The position numbers and the translations under genes are program-made. Below the pieces are notes generated by a model. That model searched no databases, was not told where the DNA came from, and saw only the letters and a list, made by a program, of their open reading frames with translations. From the IMG/VR virus record IMGVR_UViG_3300032334_001923, positions 63,288-127,287 of that record: 64,000 nt of DNA; one strand, written 5' to 3'. This stretch comes from a virus. Positions 9,187 to 19,012 of this stretch are shown here, in pieces (the first letter of the stretch is position 1; each line of letters starts with the position of its first letter).

Positions 9187-10582
9187 TAGAACACACTTTG
9201 ACCAACTTAACGCTCTTAGCTCTTCCGTAATTGGATTTGAATTTGAGTTTTATACAAATATGCTTAAGGGCAAGGCTGCTGAAGCCTTGTCCAAGCTTTT
9301 GAATAAGAAGGTCGTAGTTTCTGAAAAATATCACTCCAATATTCCAGTTGATCAGAACACCTTTAAATTAGAACCTGACTATTCTGGTGGTGGAAAGATG
9401 GTGGAATTTATAACCGGTCCGCTTCCATATAATGAGGCTATTCCTGTTATGATAAAAACCCTTAAGTGGATAGACGAAAACGGATGGACTAATGATAGAT
9501 GCGCTTTTCAATTCTCAGTAAGCTTTGATAAATTTAGAACTGATGTTAAAGATAAGATACAGAATATAGATAAGCTTAAATTTATTCTAGGCCTCGATGA
9601 GGGTAAAATCTATGATAAATTTGGAAATAGAGCAAGAAACGTTTATGCTAAGTCCATAAAAAGAGTGGTTCCAAGAAATAGGTTTTCTATTCTTGAAAAT
9701 ATTACTCATATAGATCCCAAGATGTTTAAGACCCCAGAAGACAAATATTACGGGGTAAACTTCACTAAACTGGATAAGGGATATCTTGAATTCAGATATC
9801 TAGGAAACAGGGACTACCAGAAGAAAATAAAAGACATCAGAGAGATCATTGATTATGTGGTTCTTTACCTCTACGATCTACTTAGCAGAAGAATATCCGG
9901 TTACACTAAGGATGATGTTGCTAAGCTTCAGACAATGATGAACGCTTATACTAAGGTTGTTAGATCTTTTAGCAATCCTGAATTCTTCTTTAGAAACTAC
10001 CCAGATTTTCACCTTTTTGTTGATCTAAAAGGATGGGATGAAAATATTAAAACTTATTTCCCTTTAATTAGAGACAAAGTTTTTGATCTAATTGTTGAGG
10101 GAAACATCGCATCCGGATATTTTAATTACGATACCACAACTGGAAAATACCAGTTAAAAGACGCAAGAAGCAGGGATGCTTTTATCATAGAAGGAATAGA
10201 TATGATAGAATGCGACATCAAAAACGGTGTTATTAAAAACTGCAATATTTACAACTGCGATATTAAAAAGTCATCATTAGAAGATTGCAGTGTTTTATCC
10301 GGCTCTAAGATAACCTCATCTAAAGTTAAGACTACTATTGTAGAATATGGAAACGAACTCAATGACTGCTTTATTGACTGTGAAAATATGAATATAAACT
10401 GTAAAATAGAGGGTGGAGTATTCAGAGCTGGAAATTTAGGAGAAAATTCAGAGGTTAGCAAAGAAACACATAAAGTTAAAGGCTGGGACGAAATAAGAAA
10501 ACAAAGATTCGTTACAGATAGCAGATTAAAGGATCTTAATGATAAATACAATATCCCTAGGTTCGGGAATATGAACTATTAA
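9176..10582 (+). CDS. Putative amidoligase (COOH-NH2 ligase fold) with C-terminal beta-helix-like repeats
   Basis: IGFEFEF, LEPD, VEFITGP, KYYGVNF and LEFRY motifs; C-terminal xCxIK/xxIx pentad repeats. Start placed at ATG 9176 (MTNNR), overlapping the S1 stop. Confidence 0.7.
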   Translation: MTNNRTHFDQLNALSSSVIGFEFEFYTNMLKGKAAEALSKLLNKKVVVSEKYHSNIPVDQNTFKLEPDYSGGGKMVEFITGPLPYNEAIPVMIKTLKWIDENGWTNDRCAFQFSVSFDKFRTDVKDKIQNIDKLKFILGLDEGKIYDKFGNRARNVYAKSIKRVVPRNRFSILENITHIDPKMFKTPEDKYYGVNFTKLDKGYLEFRYLGNRDYQKKIKDIREIIDYVVLYLYDLLSRRISGYTKDDVAKLQTMMNAYTKVVRSFSNPEFFFRNYPDFHLFVDLKGWDENIKTYFPLIRDKVFDLIVEGNIASGYFNYDTTTGKYQLKDARSRDAFIIEGIDMIECDIKNGVIKNCNIYNCDIKKSSLEDCSVLSGSKITSSKVKTTIVEYGNELNDCFIDCENMNINCKIEGGVFRAGNLGENSEVSKETHKVKGWDEIRKQRFVTDSRLKDLNDKYNIPRFGNMNY

Positions 10583-10597
10583 AATAATCCAGCTTAA

Positions 10598-11395
10598 ATG
10601 ACCCTAGATGAGTTAGTAAAAGAAATTGAAGACGCATTATCTTTTAGTTGTGCACTTCCTTACAATCTTAACAGAAGCGAAATAGAAAGAATTATCAAAA
10701 GAGCTAAAGAATGGTTTCACGATAATTACCAATATGCTGTAGAGGATAGAATATTTATTATTGCAAATTCAATCTTTAACCACAAGGAATTTAGAGCAAC
10801 TAGACAGTTAAGACTCCCTGATGCTATAGTAACGGTTTATGACGTTAGAGAAGTTGGAGGAAATGGAATTTCTGGCAACCCAGATAGAGACTTCAGTGAT
10901 TCTAAGCTTTTAGGATCAGAGCTTCTTCTATCGCCCTTTGTTGGTGATAATCTAGTTTATAGAACCGTAATGTATTCATATTTTGACCTATCTAGAGCAT
11001 ATCTACTTGATAGCTTTGCTTTTAAATGGAATAAAAACAGCAAAAAATTAACCATTTTAGGTAGGGATCCAAACAGATCAGGAAAACCTGGATCTCCAAG
11101 CGGAAACCAGCTTGCACAGGGATTTGCTGGTACAGGGGGAAAGGACGTTTCTATAAGATGCTTTGTTGCATTGAATGATGAGGATCTCTTTGAAGACGAG
11201 CTTTTCGTTAGATATTGTATTGCTAAGTGTAAAATAGCACTTTCTCAAATGCTTGGGGTTTTTACGTATAATCTTCCAGGAGGAGTTCAGATAAATGCTG
11301 GCGAGATAGGTGCTCAAGGATCAACGGAACTTCAGGAGGTAATGGATATGATAAATGGAGAAAATACTCCTTCGTATTTCTTACAATGGAACTAA
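10598..11395 (+). CDS. Neck/head-completion protein (T4 gp13-like)
   Basis: FVRYCIAKCKIAL...LPGGVQINA...G..EL..V motif characteristic of gp13. Confidence 0.75.
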   Translation: MTLDELVKEIEDALSFSCALPYNLNRSEIERIIKRAKEWFHDNYQYAVEDRIFIIANSIFNHKEFRATRQLRLPDAIVTVYDVREVGGNGISGNPDRDFSDSKLLGSELLLSPFVGDNLVYRTVMYSYFDLSRAYLLDSFAFKWNKNSKKLTILGRDPNRSGKPGSPSGNQLAQGFAGTGGKDVSIRCFVALNDEDLFEDELFVRYCIAKCKIALSQMLGVFTYNLPGGVQINAGEIGAQGSTELQEVMDMINGENTPSYFLQWN

Positions 11396-11411
11396 TCAAA
11401 TAAAACACTTA

Positions 11412-11450
11412 AAAAAGCCCTAGATTTACTCAAATCTGGGGCTTTTTATT
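11412..11450. terminator. Intrinsic terminator, potentially bidirectional
   Basis: AAAAAGCCCTAGATTT-actc-AAATCTGGGGCTTTTT hairpin with A and T tracts after the gp13-like gene. Confidence 0.85.
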
Positions 11451-11475
11451 TATGTTGTGAGCGTTAAAAAATAGC

Positions 11476-11483
11476 GATATATA
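11476..11483 (+). promoter_or_regulatory. Candidate late promoter GATATATA
   Basis: Recurrent intergenic motif; 17 nt before ATG 11501, just after a terminator. Confidence 0.55.
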
Positions 11484-11500
11484 ATAAGATTTTTTTAGCA

Positions 11501-11872
11501 ATGAGAGAGATTTATAATAGAGACCCACTAGACCCAAGTTACAATCCATACCAGATTGAAACAACAGACCCTGTTGAAATCTGTGTGGGTCAACTTAAAA
11601 TGATGCTTTTAACAAATAAAGGTGAGGTTTTAGGAGATCCTAAATTTGGATTAAATTTGGAAGATCTGCTATTTAATTTAAACCTTTCTGAGAGTAGCAT
11701 TAAAAAAGAGCTTGACCTCTTTTTATTAACTTACGTTCCTCTTTTTGGAAAACTGGGTGGCACATATTCACTTAAATTCTATCTAGGAACACAAAGAGAT
11801 ATAGCGGCTCTAGATTTTTTACTTCCTGGAGATGGTGGTTTAGATCCGGTAGTAACCCTAAGAATAACTTAA
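11501..11872 (+). CDS. Baseplate wedge gp25-like protein
   Basis: TNKGEVLGDPKFGLNLEDLLFN is a gp25/GPW motif; precedes the gp6-like gene. Confidence 0.85.
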   Translation: MREIYNRDPLDPSYNPYQIETTDPVEICVGQLKMMLLTNKGEVLGDPKFGLNLEDLLFNLNLSESSIKKELDLFLLTYVPLFGKLGGTYSLKFYLGTQRDIAALDFLLPGDGGLDPVVTLRIT

Positions 11873-11881
11873 TTTATAAAA

Positions 11882-13609
11882 ATGAATATTTTTAAGAAGA
11901 ATAATATCCTAATCAACGGATTACTAAACGACACCTTCGTTTTTTTGCAGGACACCTATAACCAAACTGCAAATCTTTTCACGGTGGCTTCTGCTTGGGG
12001 ACAAATTCTCTTTGTGGTTCAGAATCTTTCCCAGATGATTCTCTACTTTATAGAGGATTCCATTACCGAGCTCAATATGGAACAAGCCACTAGAGATTAT
12101 TCGGTTAGAAGTTTGGCTAGAATAGCAGGCTATGATCCAGGAAGAGCAACAGCATCACAGGGTGAGGTTTCTATTGCTTGGAATGCAAGAGAATCTGACG
12201 TTGGAGGAGGATCTATAATATTAAATAATTACACACAGATCAGATGCCAAGAAAACGGTAAGCTTTATTCTTTAATTTTTGGATCACAAAAAGTAACCAT
12301 TCCTCTTACCGGAGGTACCTCTCCTTTAAGATGTAAGATAGCTCAGGGATTTTTTCAGAGCAACATTGTAACCGGAACTGGACAGGCACTACAGAGCTTC
12401 AATATACCAGCACAATCTGGATCTTATATAGACCAGTTCTATGTTGATGTTTACGTAAACGAGGAAAAATGGAAGAGATATGATTCTTTATATGATATTC
12501 CTCTTAACGGCAAAGGATACCTAGTAAAAACGGGAATACAGGAAGGTATAGACATTTACTTCGGAAACTCATATTTCGGATTAAATCCTCAGAGTGGATC
12601 TAGAATCAGAATAGAATACTTGCAAACAACTGGAGCTGCAGGGAACTCAAAATCGACAAAAGAAAAACCTCTCACCTATAAATTCAACACAACAGGAACT
12701 GACCTATTTGGAAAAGAAGTAGATGTTAACAACTACTTAAATATAATTCCAGGAGTAGATCCTATGTTCGGAACAAATCCAGAATCGACAAATCTAATTA
12801 GACTAGTGGCTCCAAAGACCAGTAGATCTTTTGTTTTTGCAAATGCTCAAAACTATGAAATTTTCCTAGATAAACTTGGTATATTTTCTCAGGTCCAGGC
12901 ATTCTCAACTTTTGATGATGATTATCTTGATGACGATAACGTTGTTTACATTTATCTTGTCCCTGACATAACTTTAAACATAAGTTCAAACGAGGATTAT
13001 TTCAGTGTTCCGGTAACTGACTTTTTATTATCTCAAGCTCAAAAAACCGCTGTATTGAATCTTATTCAGGATTCAGGATCAATGATAGCAACCACTGTTG
13101 TTAAAATAGTCGAGCCTATTATCACTAGATACACAGGAAACGTCATCATGACAATGTTCGAGGGCTACGATCCAGAGACTATAAAAACAGAAATCAGAAA
13201 AAGGATCTCAACTTATATGTTAAATCTTAAAAGAAGGGACACCATTCCTAAATCTGATATAATAGCAATCATAGAAGGTATTGATGGTGTTGACTCTGTT
13301 AATTTCTTTTTCGTCGGACAGAAAAATGAAGCAAACCAGTTAGCAGTTCAAAATTTAAGTAACGTTTCAGATATTCAGAAAGATCAGATCTTAGGAATGA
13401 ACGACTTTGGAGACATTGTAATTGGAAGAAATGAACTGGTTGTTTTAAGAGGTGGATGGTCAGATAGAAACGGGACAGTGTTTACTGAAAGTATCGTTGA
13501 TGGCAAACCCGGTCCTTTAAACATTAGTATCTCCTCAGTGGTAAAGAAAAACTACAGAGCAGATCTTAATGCTGAAACCAAAAATGTAATTATAAAATCT
13601 TCTACATAA
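11882..13609 (+). CDS. Baseplate wedge gp6/baseplate-J-like protein
   Basis: ATRDYSVRSLARIAGYDPGRATAS; RIRIEYLQTTGAAGN; ES..LIRLVAP...NYE motifs. Confidence 0.85.
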   Translation: MNIFKKNNILINGLLNDTFVFLQDTYNQTANLFTVASAWGQILFVVQNLSQMILYFIEDSITELNMEQATRDYSVRSLARIAGYDPGRATASQGEVSIAWNARESDVGGGSIILNNYTQIRCQENGKLYSLIFGSQKVTIPLTGGTSPLRCKIAQGFFQSNIVTGTGQALQSFNIPAQSGSYIDQFYVDVYVNEEKWKRYDSLYDIPLNGKGYLVKTGIQEGIDIYFGNSYFGLNPQSGSRIRIEYLQTTGAAGNSKSTKEKPLTYKFNTTGTDLFGKEVDVNNYLNIIPGVDPMFGTNPESTNLIRLVAPKTSRSFVFANAQNYEIFLDKLGIFSQVQAFSTFDDDYLDDDNVVYIYLVPDITLNISSNEDYFSVPVTDFLLSQAQKTAVLNLIQDSGSMIATTVVKIVEPIITRYTGNVIMTMFEGYDPETIKTEIRKRISTYMLNLKRRDTIPKSDIIAIIEGIDGVDSVNFFFVGQKNEANQLAVQNLSNVSDIQKDQILGMNDFGDIVIGRNELVVLRGGWSDRNGTVFTESIVDGKPGPLNISISSVVKKNYRADLNAETKNVIIKSST

Positions 13610-13612
13610 AAA

Positions 13613-14152
13613 ATGGCAAATCAAGAAAGTTACTCTCCATTTTTCCCCGGACAGGATAAAGGCGTAAATTACACGGTTGCTGGTCAGAAGCCTCAAACGA
13701 CTAATACAACTTTTTACAATTCTAAGGATCTATATGAAACTATTTCTTTAGCAGAGGACAGAGCATATAATATAGGATGCTCTGGATATAGAATGGTTTT
13801 GGTTAGTGGTCAAGGTGTTTATAAATATGCTCCTTGCACAAATTCTCAAGATTATAAGAAATTGATGAAAGAAATGCCCAACATTCCAGTAGAAAGAAGA
13901 TACTATGATTTTGATCCAACGGATAACATCTATGATATTAGAGATAGTTTCAATGACGTTCTCCCTGATGGATTTGATTATAAAAGACAGGTTTTAAGAA
14001 GAACTCTATCCAATGTTATTTACAGAGATCCTATAAAAGAAGGAATCCTGAATTATTTTGAGAGAGTATTTTTTGGTTTGATTGAATCAACTAAGCAGAT
14101 CAAAAATTTCTTTAACTACACTGTAAAAAAGAATAATAGAAGGGTTTTTTAA
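13613..14152 (+). CDS. Hypothetical baseplate-associated protein
   Basis: 179-aa ORF tightly packed between gp6-like and gp7-like genes. Confidence 0.5.
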   Translation: MANQESYSPFFPGQDKGVNYTVAGQKPQTTNTTFYNSKDLYETISLAEDRAYNIGCSGYRMVLVSGQGVYKYAPCTNSQDYKKLMKEMPNIPVERRYYDFDPTDNIYDIRDSFNDVLPDGFDYKRQVLRRTLSNVIYRDPIKEGILNYFERVFFGLIESTKQIKNFFNYTVKKNNRRVF

Positions 14153-14159
14153 ATAGCTT

Positions 14160-17100
14160 ATGTCCAGTTTTTTCTATAGAAGACTTAATTTTTTCGATAA
14201 ATCAGGTAAACCCCTGAATTTCGATTATATCGGCCCTACGGGTCCAACACCGTTGGACACCAACTTTACGTATATTAGTCAACCCAATCCTTATGGAATG
14301 GGACATGCTTATGTTGCTAATCTCAGCAGCAGCACCCCTTTAATTCAGATTCATATACAAGACCTAAACGGATTCTCTATAGAATCTTGGGCGGATGAGG
14401 CAATATCTTTTCTGGAACAGGGAGCAGATGTTTATTTTCACGGTAGCATCGTAGGCCAACAAGAATTTAAAGGTAAAGTACAGTCAATAACCAAAGTATT
14501 AGGTTTGGATTATGTTCAGATCAATTTTGCTCCTGGCTACGTTTCTGGACAAACGATTATTAGTAACGGTAATCAGATTTACTTTAGAACAACATACGAT
14601 CACAGACCAGGAGGTTATTATAAAGGAAACATATATTTTGAACCAGTTTCATCTGGACTCTATGAAAATGAACAGGTTTTTATAGTTCAGAATTTTCTAT
14701 ACCAACCTAACGGACAGTACTACTACGGTCTTCCTCATACAGGGGTAACCGGTGCAACTGGATCTGGAAAATGGAGAAGTAGATGGTACAATGACAAATA
14801 CGGTGAAACTGATGTTTCTGAAATAATTTTCAGCTACAAGATAGAGGATCAGCTGGAAGGTGGAGACGGCCAACCGCTCATCGTTAGCTATCCGAACATA
14901 CTTTTTGAAGTGGATAAAAATTCATTCGACTATGTTTACGGAAACGGTTACATAGGAACGAATAGTATAACATCCTCAGCTTTAGCGGTGGACGTTGCAT
15001 TAAACACAACTGATCTTGCAGCTAATATTTATGAAAGAAAACTCATTATTGAGGACGTAACAGGGGGAACTGGATCTACTCCTCAGAAGGTTATAGAAAT
15101 AGATTTTTACGGTCAGGTTATAGGGGAGGACGAAAGATTTGATGTTATGCTTCAGAATATGGGCAGAGCATTTTATCAAAGTGATTCTGTTATTCTTAGA
15201 GATCATGATCCCAAAGAGCCCCTTCCCAACTATATAGAGATAAACGAAAAAAGAAAAGAACTTCTAATAGCGGGAGAAGAGATTTTTCCTTATATAGGAA
15301 GTTATAAAGGTCTAATCAATGCTATAAAGTTTTTCGGATATCAGGATCTTAGGATTAAAGAATATTGGTTAAATCTTCAGTATAAAAAAGTTGAATCAGA
15401 TTCACCAATCAAGAAGAATCAGGAATTTCTTAACGGTCTAAAGAGACAACAACAAACTCAAGGATATAGTCAGAGTTACCAGATTGCGGACGTATTAGAT
15501 AATCCAAATTCAGGAAAGTATAAATTAGTTCAGACGTATGGTCCTAATAAGGACGGAGAATACGTTTTAAGTGTTGCTTCTGAAGACACATTGCTACCTA
15601 GTAGAACTTTTAAAAAGACCTCTTTATTTGGTCTTTACTACGATCTAAATAAAGATTCTGGAGAAGTTGATGATAATGGATATCCTGTCGTTGTAGATGC
15701 TTTTAAATTTACTCAGGAGGAGGTTTTAGTAAAACTATTCGCTCTTAAGGAGAGACTTAAAAGTGATTATCTACCACTGAATGCTAGAATAGTTGATATC
15801 ACGGGTGAGGGTATTTACTTTGATGTATACAACACCAGATCATGGACTGATGTAATGCAAAGACCTGATATTGATGCTGGTCTTTATTTCGATGTTAGAT
15901 CTAATCCGGATTTCGGGTTTATTGAGGACCTTAGAAATTTCTCAGTTCGTCCACTTTCAACCTCTATACAAACGCCATCTAATTATTTCAATCAGTACAG
16001 CGCAAGTGTTAGTGTATCCGGTGGAACAGGTAGCGCAATATATTTTAACGGAATCCCAGCAACTGGACCAAACCCAACCTTATATGTAACCCAAGGTAAA
16101 ACTTACGAATTCACTATAGGAACAACCGGGTTTAATTTGTATTTAACAACTGATCCAACCCTGAGCTCTGTGGTAGATCCCGTTGGATTACAAAACAATG
16201 GAGCCACCTCTGGAGGATCTCCGATAGAGTGGTATGTGAATCCTCTTCAGGGATCACCTGTTTATTATTTCTCTCCTCAGAATCCTAGTTTATTAAATGG
16301 ACAAATAGTTGTTCAAACATCGGAGATATCTGATCTTGGAAATATCATAGATCCTCTTTCAGCTCAACAGAACTACAGTGCAGACCAAAACACTTCTTTA
16401 CTGAGTGCGATAGAGAATTTCTATAGATTGAAGCAACAGGGTGAAATAAAGGAATTAGGAGACGGTAAATACGATCCTCCGGCCTACATAGATCCTTCCA
16501 CAGGACTCACGTATAGAACTTCTATAGGAACTCCGATCGTTCTAGAATTGATCTTAGATAGATGGAGCTGGGACGAACTTAATGTTAACTGGACATCAAT
16601 CATTTTACCTATTTTTAGGGTAGGCGACAGAGTTCAAGTTAGAGACCCAAACAATTTTGCATATCAAACTTTCGGAACTGTTACTTCGGTTAGTTATTCT
16701 ACCGGTGTTTATGACGTGTTCCTTGATAGCTTTTCTACTACTCTACAATATGACGAATCCCAATTATTTGCTAGCCTTCAGAATTATGGAATTCTCAACT
16801 GGGCAAATATAGATTTTTCTAACATGGTTGAGATTGAGTGGATTCTCGATAAGGAGACAACCCAATCTGGAAGTCCTTATCATTTTGAATTTAGAGGTCT
16901 TATTCTTGATTTCTATAAGTTAGCTCACTTTGTTCCTTATACTGGTGAATATAAAGTCACCTGTAATATTTATGATGCCTTTAATGTTAAGAGCACAGTC
17001 ATAAATCACGGAGCTCTTGTTGTTAGTCCTAAGACTATAGAAATAGATGCTTGGACTAGATACAGAGAATCTCAGAGTTATGAGTGGATTAATACAATAA

Positions 17101-19001
17101 AACAATGGGACGACTATCAGTCTATCTGGGAGTATCCTGCTGAAGGATCTTCTATAGAGGTTTTAGAAAAAACAATACCTAGCGAAATCCTAGATTTTGC
17201 AACATACGGAAATAAATCAGAAGATGGACAGGACGTTTATGTTAAAGTTAAAACTAAACCGATCGGTGCAACTGGTGCTATAGTTCTAACCCAAACAAAT
17301 CTTGTGATCACTGATATCTCATCATATCAGATCTCTCTTGGACAATATGGATATGCAACAGTTACAACATCAACTCCACACAATCTTTCAACTGGAGAGG
17401 AAGTTACGATTTTAAATACGATACCTCAGATAATTGGTAGATGGTCAGTAATAGTTCCATCAGGATCTACTAACACCTTTAAAATACCATTAGTTATAGA
17501 AAACACCTGGAGTGGAATTTTAGTTCAAACATCTCCTAATCGATTATCCGTCGACACCACCCCAGCTGGATATCAAAATCAATATCTGACAGGAGCTGGA
17601 ACGATAATGATAACCGTTGGCGGAAGGGATATCGGATCATCAGATTCTGGTGACTCCCTATATAAAACGGCAAATGCTATAGTATCGTCGGTAAACTCTT
17701 TAAAAACTTATCCCGATTACTTCGCTTCTTGTACTGATCCTAGTCAAGATCCAGTTACAATTATAATATCAGCTCAGGATAGTTTAGGAGCAGATCAGAA
17801 TGGTGTCTCGATGAACGTGACTTCAACGGGTTCTGTTTCGATTGTTTATTCTTCTCCGAATCTCGATTATGGGGTTAGTCCAACTGAAACCTATGAATAT
17901 TGGTACGAGTCAAGCGGTGTTTTACCTAATGCTAATCTTAAATACTGGGGAACTAAAAAATTAGATTGGCAGATTTTCACCGACAGCACATGGGATAATT
18001 CTTATGCTCACGGATGGTATGATTTTGAATTCAATAACGATTGGCTGGGCGGATATGAACTTCATAATATAAAGCCAGGTGATAATGTAAAACTCAGTAC
18101 AGGTAGTCCGACATATCCATTTCCTATTGGGATAACAATACAGCCTGGTGTTTCTGCTTTAACTGTTCAGGAGGTTGCTGATCAGCTTAATTCATCTTCT
18201 GATAGATACGTTACTGATTTTTACTATAGACCTATTCCGAACGAGTCCGGAAGTCTTCCCATAGATTCACCTCCTATAAACTTGGATATAAACAACTTCG
18301 GAATTCCGAATTCTTTATATCCTCCGCCTATTTCAGTAATCGGAGGAAGCCAGATCCTTATCGCTTCTTTTGGTATAACCGGAGGAACATCTATAACCAC
18401 AACAACAAGTACCACAACAACAAGTACTTCGACAACAAGTACTTCGACAACAAGTACTTCGACAACAAGTACTTCAACAACAACAAGTACAACCACAGCT
18501 CCTCCTCCTGATTGCTCTCTATCAGGAACGGCTTCTATGGTTTATCCGACGACTACAACAACTAGTACGACTACAATTGCTCCGACGACTACAACAACTA
18601 GTACGACTACAATTGCTCCGACGACTACAACAACTACAACTATCGCACCTACAACAACTAGTACAACCACAGCTGGAACAGTTACGGTTCTGTTTGAGAC
18701 AATTGTAGACGGTAGTGCTAGTGGTTCGACTACTTTTAGACTAATGAAAAATGGACTTACAGTCGTAAATATCATAAACCTCGACGTAAGTAACACCTAT
18801 ACATACAATGTTGGCGACACCATCGAAGCACGATTGATAACGGCTTCAGGTAACGTATATAGTGAAGTAGCTATCTATCAAGATCCATTTATCCTTCTAG
18901 ATACCTCAGGATATGGCGGAGGCACTCGTATTGCAGGACCTATTACAACATCAGGCGGACAAAGCTATACTGTTGAATGTGTAGCTAGTGCATTACCTTA
19001 A
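14160..19001 (+). CDS. Large baseplate wedge (gp7-like) protein with cupredoxin-like and KOW-like domains and Thr/Ser mucin-like stalks
   Basis: YIGSYKGLINAIKFFGY..L.IKEYW; NPTLYVTQGKTYEF; FRVGDRVQVRD; long Thr/Ser tracts near the C-terminus. Confidence 0.6.
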   Translation: MSSFFYRRLNFFDKSGKPLNFDYIGPTGPTPLDTNFTYISQPNPYGMGHAYVANLSSSTPLIQIHIQDLNGFSIESWADEAISFLEQGADVYFHGSIVGQQEFKGKVQSITKVLGLDYVQINFAPGYVSGQTIISNGNQIYFRTTYDHRPGGYYKGNIYFEPVSSGLYENEQVFIVQNFLYQPNGQYYYGLPHTGVTGATGSGKWRSRWYNDKYGETDVSEIIFSYKIEDQLEGGDGQPLIVSYPNILFEVDKNSFDYVYGNGYIGTNSITSSALAVDVALNTTDLAANIYERKLIIEDVTGGTGSTPQKVIEIDFYGQVIGEDERFDVMLQNMGRAFYQSDSVILRDHDPKEPLPNYIEINEKRKELLIAGEEIFPYIGSYKGLINAIKFFGYQDLRIKEYWLNLQYKKVESDSPIKKNQEFLNGLKRQQQTQGYSQSYQIADVLDNPNSGKYKLVQTYGPNKDGEYVLSVASEDTLLPSRTFKKTSLFGLYYDLNKDSGEVDDNGYPVVVDAFKFTQEEVLVKLFALKERLKSDYLPLNARIVDITGEGIYFDVYNTRSWTDVMQRPDIDAGLYFDVRSNPDFGFIEDLRNFSVRPLSTSIQTPSNYFNQYSASVSVSGGTGSAIYFNGIPATGPNPTLYVTQGKTYEFTIGTTGFNLYLTTDPTLSSVVDPVGLQNNGATSGGSPIEWYVNPLQGSPVYYFSPQNPSLLNGQIVVQTSEISDLGNIIDPLSAQQNYSADQNTSLLSAIENFYRLKQQGEIKELGDGKYDPPAYIDPSTGLTYRTSIGTPIVLELILDRWSWDELNVNWTSIILPIFRVGDRVQVRDPNNFAYQTFGTVTSVSYSTGVYDVFLDSFSTTLQYDESQLFASLQNYGILNWANIDFSNMVEIEWILDKETTQSGSPYHFEFRGLILDFYKLAHFVPYTGEYKVTCNIYDAFNVKSTVINHGALVVSPKTIEIDAWTRYRESQSYEWINTIKQWDDYQSIWEYPAEGSSIEVLEKTIPSEILDFATYGNKSEDGQDVYVKVKTKPIGATGAIVLTQTNLVITDISSYQISLGQYGYATVTTSTPHNLSTGEEVTILNTIPQIIGRWSVIVPSGSTNTFKIPLVIENTWSGILVQTSPNRLSVDTTPAGYQNQYLTGAGTIMITVGGRDIGSSDSGDSLYKTANAIVSSVNSLKTYPDYFASCTDPSQDPVTIIISAQDSLGADQNGVSMNVTSTGSVSIVYSSPNLDYGVSPTETYEYWYESSGVLPNANLKYWGTKKLDWQIFTDSTWDNSYAHGWYDFEFNNDWLGGYELHNIKPGDNVKLSTGSPTYPFPIGITIQPGVSALTVQEVADQLNSSSDRYVTDFYYRPIPNESGSLPIDSPPINLDINNFGIPNSLYPPPISVIGGSQILIASFGITGGTSITTTTSTTTTSTSTTSTSTTSTSTTSTSTTTSTTTAPPPDCSLSGTASMVYPTTTTTSTTTIAPTTTTTSTTTIAPTTTTTTTIAPTTTSTTTAGTVTVLFETIVDGSASGSTTFRLMKNGLTVVNIINLDVSNTYTYNVGDTIEARLITASGNVYSEVAIYQDPFILLDTSGYGGGTRIAGPITTSGGQSYTVECVASALP
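18396..18497 (+). repeat. 15-bp tandem repeat encoding about 34 consecutive Thr/Ser
   Basis: Unit acaagtacttcgaca (TSTST), about 4 copies plus aca runs. Confidence 0.95.
18546..18672 (+). repeat. 36-bp tandem repeat encoding PTTTTTSTTTIA mucin-like units
   Basis: ccgacgactacaacaactagtacgactacaattgct twice exactly, then degenerate copies. Confidence 0.95.
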
Positions 19002-19012
19002 AAATTTAAAAC

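Noticed and set aside
18224-18796. Val-rich minus-strand ORFs resembling membrane proteins
   Set aside because: Antisense reading of the Thr/Ser codon tracts.
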